Below the pieces are notes generated by a model. It saw only the letters and a list, made by a program, of their open reading frames with translations. It ran no database searches and was not told where the DNA came from. A program made the position numbers and the translations under genes. Positions 40,949-50,516 of a DNA stretch of 64,000 nt are shown in pieces; the stretch's first letter is position 1; each line of letters starts with the position of its first letter. This DNA comes from Promethearchaeota archaeon (GTDB taxonomy: Archaea > Asgardarchaeota > Lokiarchaeia > Sigyniarchaeales > SOKP01): contig JBHLLT010000003.1 of the NCBI GenBank assembly GCA_048938855.1, positions 32,001 to 96,000 on the forward strand. The letters are read 5' to 3'.

Positions 40949-42010
40949 TTAATAATAACCTAGTTTCTCTACTAAAGCCTTAGCTATTCCTAGATTTCTA
41001 CTAACCATTTCTATTGGTAACCAGGGCCATTCGCATCCCGATGAAAATTGATAATAACCTCCAGGTTTCCCATCCTCGATTGTTTTGGTTATTTCCTTAA
41101 TTACTCTTGAGATAGAATAATTTTCACTTCCAAGTATTTGGGTATTAGTATTTCCTCTAATACAATTCCTGTTTCCAATCTTTTTTTTTGCTTTTTTCAA
41201 GTCAACTTGATAATCTAAATCAATAATAGCTGCATTTGTACTTGATATTAATTGAAGCATGTCTCGTCCTTTGGAATCGACAATTGAATTATCTCCACAT
41301 ACATGATATAATATAGGTACTTTTCTCTGAATATCATCAAATAAACTTCGAGTAGCGTCAAAACAACATTTTTCATATCTCATTGGCCCTATTTGGGATA
41401 TTGCCGAATCTCCTGCACCAATAATGTGAGCTCCTGCCTCTATTTGTAATTTAGCAAATTCCTTCTGTACTGGAATTATTCTATTAATTAATTTCTTAAT
41501 TTTTTCTATCCAATCAGGATATTTACACAATATTAACACATTGATTAATCCAAATAAACAACAAATTTCCGCAAAAGGGGCTTCAATCCATCCAATTATA
41601 CATGTTTTATCCACCATTTCTTTAGATAATAATCTGACGGCATTAATTCGATTAACGATTCTAGCGTGCTCTAAAAGTTCTGGTGTTTCTATCGAATCAA
41701 AATCTTCAATTTTTAAATATTGTTTAGCTACTGGTGTATGACTTTCCCAGTTGATTTCAACACCCCATGCATTTGCCTCTCGATATGCATCTGTTGAGAC
41801 ATTTACATGATCTATTCCAAAAAATTCAGCACATTTTATTTGACCTTTAGCTAATACTTCTGGTTTTTTACAATAATCATGATTATAATTAACATTTATC
41901 AATGAAGCTGCTAAATGCATAATAAAAGGATTGAAAGGGATTTTTTCAGGAATTCCTTTAATTGCAGATAGGGTTAATTCTAATGAATTCATGTTTATAT
42001 TAATAATCAT
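40949..42010 (-). CDS. MtaA/CmuA-like (UroD superfamily) methyltransferase
   Basis: Zn-binding HxC (HVCG) plus distal Cys (SGCE). Confidence 0.8.
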   Translation of the reverse strand: MIININMNSLELTLSAIKGIPEKIPFNPFIMHLAASLINVNYNHDYCKKPEVLAKGQIKCAEFFGIDHVNVSTDAYREANAWGVEINWESHTPVAKQYLKIEDFDSIETPELLEHARIVNRINAVRLLSKEMVDKTCIIGWIEAPFAEICCLFGLINVLILCKYPDWIEKIKKLINRIIPVQKEFAKLQIEAGAHIIGAGDSAISQIGPMRYEKCCFDATRSLFDDIQRKVPILYHVCGDNSIVDSKGRDMLQLISSTNAAIIDLDYQVDLKKAKKKIGNRNCIRGNTNTQILGSENYSISRVIKEITKTIEDGKPGGYYQFSSGCEWPWLPIEMVSRNLGIAKALVEKLGYY

Positions 42011-42019
42011 TTGATTTGC

Positions 42020-43183
42020 TTACTTATAAGCTCTATTTTCTATGAGGGCATCAAACATTGCAACAATATTTTGAGGTGGTACTTCGGCTGTAATATTATG
42101 AATGTTTGCTGCAATATAACCTCCCTTTGGTTTAAAACACCCTAAATTATGCTTTACTTCTTCTTTGATTTGTTTTGGAGTCCCAAATGGAAGAGTTTGC
42201 TGAGTATTACATAATCCCCCCCAAAAAGTAATAATATCTCCAAACCTTTCTTTAAGACTGCAAGGCTCCATATCATAAGCAGATATTTGTACTGGGTTTA
42301 CCGCATCATATCCTATATCAGCAAAATGAGGTAAAAATTGAGGGACAGACCCGCAACAGTGATAATTTATCTTTGCATCAACTAATTCATGAACTTTTTT
42401 AGAGAGGTGATACTCAAATGGTTTAATATGTTTTTCATATATTTCCAAGTTCATTATAGGTCCTGATTGTTCGGCTAAATCTCCATTTATGCAAACAACA
42501 TCCAAATATTCTCCAACTTCATTCAAAAAAGTTATATTATAATCTTTCCAATATTTTAAAAGGCATTCCATAGCCGCTATAATCAATTCTATATTTGTTC
42601 GGAGGTACTTTAAAACCTTAGTAAAGCCAAATAGGAATGTAGTGTACTCATATATACAACCCGTAGGTGGGGAAACAAGAGCAAAATCTGTAGTTTCAAA
42701 TAACTTTTTAGCATATTCTTTTATTCCAAGAAAGGGAGTCATATCCGTGCCATCAGGCCAGTCATAATTATTGATCTCTTGCACAGTTTTGAAATTAGCA
42801 AGGGGATGAATAACTGGGTCATAATACAGGATGTTTTCTAAGTTTTTCTCTGCTGAGTTACCCCAGAAAACTCCAAACTGATCATAAACTCCTACGTATT
42901 TTCCTTCATATTGGGGTTCAAAATTATCTATTTTAACCATTCCTCCTGAAGGACGGATATATCTTGTGTCTATTTCAAATTTCTGCAGTAAAGCCTCACA
43001 GGGAACGGCTATTTGTTGCACAAAATCGCAATATTGAATATTGTTATCATCAATCTCGAGATACTCTAATAATTTTGAATAGGCTTTTAAATGAATTCCA
43101 GATTGATTTCCTCCTAAATCAATTGGAATTTTATCTGGTTCTTCATGTTTTAAAGCAAGATTAACTCGCTCTCTTGAGTCCAT
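42020..43183 (-). CDS. UroD-superfamily methyltransferase-like protein
   Basis: 'S.ERV..AL.H.EPD.IP', HCCG, NPVQ, FWGG and H.I..EVPP.N motifs. Confidence 0.85.
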   Translation of the reverse strand: MDSRERVNLALKHEEPDKIPIDLGGNQSGIHLKAYSKLLEYLEIDDNNIQYCDFVQQIAVPCEALLQKFEIDTRYIRPSGGMVKIDNFEPQYEGKYVGVYDQFGVFWGNSAEKNLENILYYDPVIHPLANFKTVQEINNYDWPDGTDMTPFLGIKEYAKKLFETTDFALVSPPTGCIYEYTTFLFGFTKVLKYLRTNIELIIAAMECLLKYWKDYNITFLNEVGEYLDVVCINGDLAEQSGPIMNLEIYEKHIKPFEYHLSKKVHELVDAKINYHCCGSVPQFLPHFADIGYDAVNPVQISAYDMEPCSLKERFGDIITFWGGLCNTQQTLPFGTPKQIKEEVKHNLGCFKPKGGYIAANIHNITAEVPPQNIVAMFDALIENRAYK

Positions 43184-43207
43184 TTTAAGAACCTTTATTT
43201 TTTATTT

Positions 43208-44380
43208 TCAATTTGGTATATTAATAGGATAATTACCATACTTTTTCTTGATATTTTGCATCGCTAAAAATCGGTCAAGCGTAACTGCGGGATTAATACT
43301 ATGCCCAGAACTAAAGATATAACCTCCTCCAGGGGCTAATTCTCGAATAAGGCGTTTAGCATAAGTTTTTATCTCTGATATTTTCCCTGTAGCTAACATT
43401 TGAGGAGACAAATTTCCACAAAAGGTTATTAGATTTCCATATTTTTTATTTAACTTGAAAATATCATATTCCGCATTAGCAGTTGTAGATTCGATTGGAT
43501 TTAATACATCAACACCACTTTTAACAATATCCTCAAAAATTTCTAACAAATCCCCGTCTGAATGCAATAATATATGACTATCGAGTTTATGGGCAGCATT
43601 ACATATCTGTTTTAACCATGGAAATACATACTTTCGATAATTCTCAGCTCGCATGAATAATCCATTTTTATAACCATAATCATCCCATATTATTATTAAT
43701 TTTGCTCCATTTTCAGCTAAAATTTTTACTAATTCAAGTGTAAATTTACCATAATCGTTAAATATCTTATTAGCTTGTTTTGGTTTAGCTAATATTCTTG
43801 AAAATGTTTCTAACCCAAATCCTTCCCAAGCATCCTCCATTATTCCTCCAATTGCAGGAGCAGCAAAAATCTCATTATTCATTTCTTCTTGAATCTCCTT
43901 CCCTGCTAAATACCCTACTAACCGGGCTTCGAAATTTGGATCCATTTTTTCCCAACTTTCATAGGCCTCAAAACTCTTAAGATACCCTCCATGGTATCCC
44001 ATAATCACAGTTCCATCCTTCTCATAATACTCAAATTTCATAATTCTTCCATATTCATCAATAAATCCATTTGAATCATCAAGAATCATACGTGGGAAAT
44101 TAGTAGAGATACATGTTCCTATATCTAAACCGATGTTATGGAATAATTGAAAATATTTCTTAAAACTTGGTTTCATCAATCTTTTACTTTTGATTACTTG
44201 ATTTACGATTTTCATCTTATCAGGTACATTCTTTAGCAGTGAAATACCAAAGTCTCCTCTTCCTTCCTCTATGCCAAAATGTTGTGCTATGGTATTATTT
44301 GTAAAAGCACTTTCCCATCCTGGAACTCTATCAGGTTCTTCATGGTTTATAGCTTTTAATACTCTTTCAACTGCGTCCAT
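43208..44380 (-). CDS. UroD-superfamily methyltransferase-like protein
   Basis: 'ERV..AI.H.EPDRVP', DD.G, HSDG and GGGYI.SSGHS motifs. Confidence 0.85.
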   Translation of the reverse strand: MDAVERVLKAINHEEPDRVPGWESAFTNNTIAQHFGIEEGRGDFGISLLKNVPDKMKIVNQVIKSKRLMKPSFKKYFQLFHNIGLDIGTCISTNFPRMILDDSNGFIDEYGRIMKFEYYEKDGTVIMGYHGGYLKSFEAYESWEKMDPNFEARLVGYLAGKEIQEEMNNEIFAAPAIGGIMEDAWEGFGLETFSRILAKPKQANKIFNDYGKFTLELVKILAENGAKLIIIWDDYGYKNGLFMRAENYRKYVFPWLKQICNAAHKLDSHILLHSDGDLLEIFEDIVKSGVDVLNPIESTTANAEYDIFKLNKKYGNLITFCGNLSPQMLATGKISEIKTYAKRLIRELAPGGGYIFSSGHSINPAVTLDRFLAMQNIKKKYGNYPINIPN

Positions 44381-44400
44381 TATACTTATCTATTTAAAAT

Positions 44401-47076
44401 TTAAGATATATTTTTTTTTAATTCCCATGTAAAAGGTTTGTTTGGAGCCGAATTACCAGTTATAATTATACAATTATCTTTTATCTTAAATTCATCTTCT
44501 TTATTATTTATTTTCAAAAATTTGAAATCAGTAAATTTTTCTTTTTTAAAGTTTAATGAAATTGTCCATTTTCCAGAGACACTTGGAGCATACCATCCAG
44601 AATAACCCTGTTTTGATTTTAAAAACCCAAATAATGGAGAATCAAAAAAATATTCCTCCTTTGGCAAAGAAGGGGTTATCTCAATGCCATCTTTTGTAAA
44701 ATGCGCGCCAATTAAGTGAATTAAGTTGAAAATAGGCCAAGCATGTGGATGTAAATTCATAACAGGGAAATCTGTCCAGCTTACTCCAAACGGGTCTTCT
44801 TTCATATCCTTTTCATCTTTTGGATCCCCAGTAATAAAAAATTCAAAAAAATGAGTTTGTCCTGGGTATTTTGAGAGATCAGAATTATAAGTGTCAGGAC
44901 CACTCCAGATTCCATACCATATGTCCGGAAAAGCTTCTGCATGATATGCAAGTGTATTTTTTTTCCATTCATCCCAGGCCATTTCACTATTTACATAAGA
45001 TAAAGCCCATATTAATGTACCATTAATGGAAGGCCAAATTCCTGCATTCACACGCATACCTACTTCCCTTTTCATTGTATCAATATCTTTACTTAGCAGT
45101 CTTGCTCCAATCTTTGAAGGTTTTCGTAATAATCTGTTAACATTATTGATTAAAATGGGTACCCAATCATCATTAGTAGCATTGCCTATAATAGCCCATG
45201 GTTGAGGCTCTAACCATAATATTTCATCTCCGATCCAGCCCAAATCTTCTGTAAACCAAGCCCTCTTAAACCAATTTCCATTCCATTGAGCTTTAACTGC
45301 TTTCTTTTGTGATTCAGCATATTCAATTATTTTCTTACTTATATCATTGCTATTTATAAATTGCAATAATTCTCCAAATTTATTAAGAACATAAATAGCC
45401 ATTGCTGCATTAAGAACAGATTCTCCTTGATTCCTAATATCATTATGCCTTTCTTCTGGTGCATGACCAATTACCGCGGCATCATTCCAATCTCCATTTG
45501 AGAGTCTTTGAAGACCATGTTTTCCAGTTCCAGATACTTCTGTGAAGTGTCGATAACATAATAATAACATCTGTAATACAGTTGATGTTTTTACTTGTTT
45601 ACCATACACCGGATAAGTTGTAATTACTTCATTGAGAAATCCAATATCCTTTGTAGCCATAACGTATTCGCTTGTAACCCATAATAACCATAATTCAAGA
45701 TCACTTGGAACATATGGAACAGGTACAATCATTCCATAACCAGTAATCCCATATGGAATTTCTCCATCTTCTTTAATCGTTTTCAAAATATATCTGATAA
45801 TTTCTTTAACAATTTTAGGTGTACTATAAATGAATGGTAATACGTGTTGTAGAGGATCACGCAAGGCTATTTGAGCTCCTATTATATATTGATAAATATG
45901 ACCTTGAGAGAGAATATGCTCATTGAAATAATCATCAAACGTCATAGCGCTACGCAAATAATAATTATGCCATGTTATTTCTCGTTCTACCCAGGATTCT
46001 TCCGGAATTGACATTTTAATTAAATTATTTTTCCAATCTTTAGCAGTATTCCCCCATTGATCGAACAAATCTTCACTATATTTTTGGAAAATTTGTTTGA
46101 GATTAACATTTTCGGGTAAATAGCCATATGCAAAATATAAAGTGCAACTTTGATTTGGTTTTACGTGAATTTGTCGTTCTATAATCAAAGCACTATTGTC
46201 ATCATAAGTATCCAACTTAGAAGGAAGGGCTTTAGTTATTCCATCAGGATGACTTACGCCTCCTTGACCAAAAAAATCCAAGGCATTCGTACTAAAACCT
46301 TCAATAGGCCCATTTAACGAAATAAGAAATGTCTTTGGGGAGAATTTATTTTCAAATAATGGCGTAGGAAATTTTTTCTTTTTTAATTCTTTTCGACCTT
46401 GAAAGTATTTAACATCCAATAAACCAGAATTATCTATTAATGATATCTCATGAGAAAATTTTGAACTATATTCTCTTCTCTTTTTATTCATTATGGAAAG
46501 ATCCCTCTGTCCATATCCAGCATAATACGCGGGTGCCGAAAATTGAATTGCTTTACATCCCCAGTACTCAACCCACCGTAAACTTTTTGCATGATCGGTA
46601 TCATTTGAAATCGTAACTTGAGAAATAAGTAAAGGATCATCTCCATAAGGAGCAAAAATTATTTGATCTACTGATAAATTATATTTCTTAACGATTTTAC
46701 GGAAATAACCAATCCCAAAAATTCTCTCAAAATGATCTCCATTTCCTGAATAAAATGTACTAATTATATTATTTTCATCAACTAAATATCCAATTCCTCC
46801 CGCAAATTGATTATTTTTCGGATCATAATCATTAAGGAATTTGGGGCACCCTTCATCTTGACGAACTTGAATATAGCCAAAATTTGAAGCAACTCCAACT
46901 AGACGATCATTACCAACTTGATGTAAATGTTCTCTGTTTGAACGTAATTTTTCATTTAAAGGAGTAATTGCCTTAGGATCATTCATTTGATCACAAGTAT
47001 AATAATACGCTGGTAATCCATGTTCATCAGTAATCCATTCTCCAAAATGTCCCGATCCAAAAGCTTTCTTTTTCAT
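44401..47076 (-). CDS. GH94-like glycoside phosphorylase/hydrolase, (alpha/alpha)6 fold
   Basis: 'RD..QH', 'SD.ELW.LW...EY', GDWND, ESV.NA and 'N.G.W' motifs. Confidence 0.7.
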   Translation of the reverse strand: MKKKAFGSGHFGEWITDEHGLPAYYYTCDQMNDPKAITPLNEKLRSNREHLHQVGNDRLVGVASNFGYIQVRQDEGCPKFLNDYDPKNNQFAGGIGYLVDENNIISTFYSGNGDHFERIFGIGYFRKIVKKYNLSVDQIIFAPYGDDPLLISQVTISNDTDHAKSLRWVEYWGCKAIQFSAPAYYAGYGQRDLSIMNKKRREYSSKFSHEISLIDNSGLLDVKYFQGRKELKKKKFPTPLFENKFSPKTFLISLNGPIEGFSTNALDFFGQGGVSHPDGITKALPSKLDTYDDNSALIIERQIHVKPNQSCTLYFAYGYLPENVNLKQIFQKYSEDLFDQWGNTAKDWKNNLIKMSIPEESWVEREITWHNYYLRSAMTFDDYFNEHILSQGHIYQYIIGAQIALRDPLQHVLPFIYSTPKIVKEIIRYILKTIKEDGEIPYGITGYGMIVPVPYVPSDLELWLLWVTSEYVMATKDIGFLNEVITTYPVYGKQVKTSTVLQMLLLCYRHFTEVSGTGKHGLQRLSNGDWNDAAVIGHAPEERHNDIRNQGESVLNAAMAIYVLNKFGELLQFINSNDISKKIIEYAESQKKAVKAQWNGNWFKRAWFTEDLGWIGDEILWLEPQPWAIIGNATNDDWVPILINNVNRLLRKPSKIGARLLSKDIDTMKREVGMRVNAGIWPSINGTLIWALSYVNSEMAWDEWKKNTLAYHAEAFPDIWYGIWSGPDTYNSDLSKYPGQTHFFEFFITGDPKDEKDMKEDPFGVSWTDFPVMNLHPHAWPIFNLIHLIGAHFTKDGIEITPSLPKEEYFFDSPLFGFLKSKQGYSGWYAPSVSGKWTISLNFKKEKFTDFKFLKINNKEDEFKIKDNCIIITGNSAPNKPFTWELKKNIS

Positions 47077-47182
47077 TCCTAAAAAGCTTTAATTATTAGG
47101 TAAAAATAAGTATTCTCTTTTTCAATGTCATTTTTGTAAAACTTATAATAACATTGAATGAATAAGAGTTTGATAAGATTTT

Positions 47183-47956
47183 TTAAGCTTCTTCCTCTTC
47201 CTCAAATTCTTTGCCCATTAATCGCATAACGGCATCAGCAAGCTTGTTTTGACTTCGACTCATAATACCTTTTACTTTTCCTTCCTTTCCAAGTACTCTT
47301 AGCATAATGCCGTTCCACACAGAAGAAGGTTCACCTTTTATATTTTTAAACCTGTCTCGATGGACCTCAACACTAATATTATCATAATTCTTAGCAGCTT
47401 CAGTGCATTTAAAGCATAAAATACATTTATCTCGATCTACTTCAATCTCCTTATTCTTTCTCTCCATTGCACTAACAGCACATTCATCACAGAACGCATC
47501 TAAAATTTTAGTATCTTTCTCAGTACTTGTAATAGTTATTGAACCTTCAACAACCTTACGGACTTTTTGACCATTTTCAAGTGTACGCACTTCTTCTTCA
47601 AACTCAGGAAGAGAACCATTTTCAACTACATTCAGCTTTTTCTCGCCATTAATGAAAAGCTCTAGAGTATAACCTGGGCAAATCCAAGTACAACAACCGC
47701 ACCAAACGCATTTTTCAGTATCAACAACAACTTTTTTATCAGATTCTATATTCATTTCTTCAGGAGTTCCGATAGCTGTTTTTTTTAGGGGCTCATCGTA
47801 GATAGATACAGTCACGGGACAAACTCTATGGCAGAATCCACATTCAATACATTTCTCTTCATGATAGACTAACGACATGGCATGGTTTAGCATTTTATAC
47901 TCATAGCTTACAGTATTTTCATCGACTTGGATAGCTTTTTTTGATGGTAGAGACAT
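47183..47956 (-). CDS. Ferredoxin / FwdF-like polyferredoxin
   Basis: CIECGFCHRVCP, CVWCGCCTWICP and a partial third/fourth motif (CILCFKC). Confidence 0.75.
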   Translation of the reverse strand: MSLPSKKAIQVDENTVSYEYKMLNHAMSLVYHEEKCIECGFCHRVCPVTVSIYDEPLKKTAIGTPEEMNIESDKKVVVDTEKCVWCGCCTWICPGYTLELFINGEKKLNVVENGSLPEFEEEVRTLENGQKVRKVVEGSITITSTEKDTKILDAFCDECAVSAMERKNKEIEVDRDKCILCFKCTEAAKNYDNISVEVHRDRFKNIKGEPSSVWNGIMLRVLGKEGKVKGIMSRSQNKLADAVMRLMGKEFEEEEEA

Positions 47957-48084
47957 ATTAACTCAAAATCCTATTTTTCAATATTTATTAATAATATATG
48001 AAAAGTATTAAAGCTTTTAGAAGTAAGGGTAATGATCAAATTATCATCAAACAATTAAAAAATAAAAAAAAAAAGATTAAATGA

Positions 48085-48240
48085 TTATTTTTTTTTCATA
48101 GAATCTCCACAGCAAGTAAAACCCATATCTGAACAAGAACTTTCATCAGCACAGTCGCATCCTTTAGTAACAGTTAATTCGAGGCCACAATCCTCACAAA
48201 CGTACACATCTCCTTCCTTCATTTCATGACAATGAACCAT
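48085..48240 (-). CDS. Small Cys-rich metal-binding protein (desulforedoxin/metallothionein-like), 51 aa; absent from the ORF track
   Basis: MVHCHEMKEGDVYVCEDCGLELTVTKGCDCADESSCSDMGFTCCGDSMKKK; GGTGA RBS 7 nt upstream. Confidence 0.85.
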   Translation of the reverse strand: MVHCHEMKEGDVYVCEDCGLELTVTKGCDCADESSCSDMGFTCCGDSMKKK

Positions 48241-48480
48241 TTTCATTCACCTTAAACATATAATATTCATTTGAGAATGAAACAAAACTCATTTAAAAAT
48301 ATTGTACTTATAGGATATTATCAAATTTAAAATATCAATGCTATTACTACGTGAAGGATTGATAGAAGGGCGATGATAAAAATCGTTGTCCAGTAGAATA
48401 TCTTAAAGTATTCCCAAATTGTCCATTTGTTTTATTTAATTGAACCCATTAACCATGAATATAATTAGTTTCTATGCAAT

Positions 48481-49401
48481 TCATTTTAATTTACTTTTAA
48501 TTTCCTTCACGCGACTTCTTAATGTAACTTCAGTTATTTTAGCCGCCTTAGCTACTTGTGTCTGAGTTAATTTTTGATCTGCAAACTTTACTGCTAGATA
48601 TATTGACGATGCGGCATATCCTCTAGGATCTTTTCCATTAACTGATAATCCCTTTTTTGAGGTTTTGGAGATAATATCTAGAGCTTTATTTTGGATCTCC
48701 ATTGAAAGCCCTAGTTCATTTCCATATTTAAAAATTAGCTGTTTTATACTAATAGGCTTGTAGTTTAAATTTAATTTGGGTAAAATTTCTCTAATGACTA
48801 GACTTAAGCAGCGTATTATAGTTTTACGACTAATCATAAAAGTATCACTAATTTCATCTAATGTTTTTGGAAATTCGTGAACTCTAATTGCAACATATAG
48901 AGATGCTGCAATAAATCCTTCAATAGTACGTCCCATGGTTAACTTTTTTTTTGCGATAAGAGAATAAATTTTCCAAGCAGTTTCGTGAATATGTTCTGGA
49001 ATATTCAGTTTAGATGCAATTAATTTCATTTTTGGTTTAGCTTCCCAGAAATTCCTTTCGATACTTGAGATTAAAGAATTTTGAATTTTAGCCAAACGCA
49101 AAAAGAGTGTTTTATTTTCAGGAGTTAGATAATTTCCTTTATAATCTGTTTTATTTATCGGAAGCACTGTTCTTGATCCAAAATCTCTCCATCTCGGTTC
49201 AGTCTGCTTTCTTTTTTCTATTTCTTCTTTTCCATAAGCTCTTCTTTCATCTTCAACTAGATGAATATCTGAAGTCAATCCACAATTTAAACATACTTTA
49301 TATCCCCTCTTGATATCAATAATAGGCTCAATACAGCATGATTCTTCTGCTCTTTTTTCCTCATTTAAATATTCTCTTTCACTTCTCGTTTGTTTGGTCA
49401 C
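48481..49401 (-). CDS. tfb: Transcription initiation factor IIB (TFB) paralog
   Basis: Zn ribbon (C...CLNCG), 'ERN', two cyclin repeats (GR..., GKDP.G.AA, TQ..VA....TEVTLR.R). Confidence 0.92.
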   Translation of the reverse strand: MTKQTRSEREYLNEEKRAEESCCIEPIIDIKRGYKVCLNCGLTSDIHLVEDERRAYGKEEIEKRKQTEPRWRDFGSRTVLPINKTDYKGNYLTPENKTLFLRLAKIQNSLISSIERNFWEAKPKMKLIASKLNIPEHIHETAWKIYSLIAKKKLTMGRTIEGFIAASLYVAIRVHEFPKTLDEISDTFMISRKTIIRCLSLVIREILPKLNLNYKPISIKQLIFKYGNELGLSMEIQNKALDIISKTSKKGLSVNGKDPRGYAASSIYLAVKFADQKLTQTQVAKAAKITEVTLRSRVKEIKSKLK

Positions 49402-49634
49402 CCTTTAAGAATAACATATACAAAAAATATCCTTTCCACTGAGTCTTCTTAATAGAAATTAAGTTTAATAAACTTATTTATTTATTACTTTTTTTAGATC
49501 TATAAAAATCTTATATTGGATAATGTAGAGAATTTATACAATAATAAACTTATATATTCTTAACTCATGTTTCTTTTTTGATTCTTTTTAAAAAGAATTA
49601 GTCTAGTTCTACAAGAGAATTCCAAATTTTCAGG

Positions 49635-50297
49635 CTAATCATAAAATAAATGATATAATTTATTATATAATTCCGCGAGTTTTGAAATTCGGTATTGATC
49701 ATTTTGCTGTATTGCATTAGATATATAAGCTCCTAATCCTTGAGGGTTTTTAATCCATTGTAGAAATCCTTCGATTTCTGCCTTGAGATATGGATCAATT
49801 GTTGGCTGAGGAGGAGCAACTTGATAGGTTCCAGCTTGTTCTGATACGCTCTCTGATACATCTTCTTTAAGTTCTACTTTAGTTTCAATGAATTCAGATT
49901 CAGAACCTTTTTTTAACATTGCAGCAGCTCTAGCTACTGCAGGATATGCCATATGAAACCAACCTTTAGCTTTTGGTCTGATATGAGCCAACATATAAAG
50001 TTTTCCATCTGGTGTTGATGCACCTATTAGGTGTCCTAATTTTTTACGATTAGTTCCAATAAAACGTTCGGGTTCCATTTGCAAAATTGAGTATCGTATT
50101 CCACTAAGAGTTACAAATTGAGCATTTCCACTACCCCATTTAGCAAGCATTTCTTTAATGTCTTTCTTAACATCCCATTTGCCTATTGTAACCAATATTT
50201 TACCTTGTCTATCGACTACCACAACATTAACTGCATCAGGATAATGTTTTTGGAGTTTATTTACTACAGATTTAATATTTACCATGATCAGAAACAT
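49635..50297 (-). CDS. Asgard profilin-like domain with C-terminal helical extension
   Basis: 'G.RYSIL...ERFIGTN....GHLI' profilin motifs, acidic linker, ~55-aa helical tail; likely start ATG at 50285. Confidence 0.65.
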   Translation of the reverse strand: MFLIMVNIKSVVNKLQKHYPDAVNVVVVDRQGKILVTIGKWDVKKDIKEMLAKWGSGNAQFVTLSGIRYSILQMEPERFIGTNRKKLGHLIGASTPDGKLYMLAHIRPKAKGWFHMAYPAVARAAAMLKKGSESEFIETKVELKEDVSESVSEQAGTYQVAPPQPTIDPYLKAEIEGFLQWIKNPQGLGAYISNAIQQNDQYRISKLAELYNKLYHLFYD

Positions 50298-50516
50298 TCC
50301 TCAGATTTTTTTACGCTACCAAATTTTTGTGTGGTCATTTTAATCCAATTATCAATATTTCTTAAAAATTCCGTTCTTTCTTTCGGACTCAATCCTAAAT
50401 TAGGTTCAAATTTCTTATAAATATTAGTATATTTACTAAGTTCCCATAAATAATTAACATGTCAACTTTTGTAAAATTAATATAAAAAAAAGTTAAAAAA
50501 ACTATTTATTAATATT

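Noticed and set aside
43184-43210. TGA stop of 43208-44380 is in frame with the next gene's ATG (possible Sec readthrough fusion)
   Set aside because: An in-frame TAA follows two codons later; no Cys context and no SECIS
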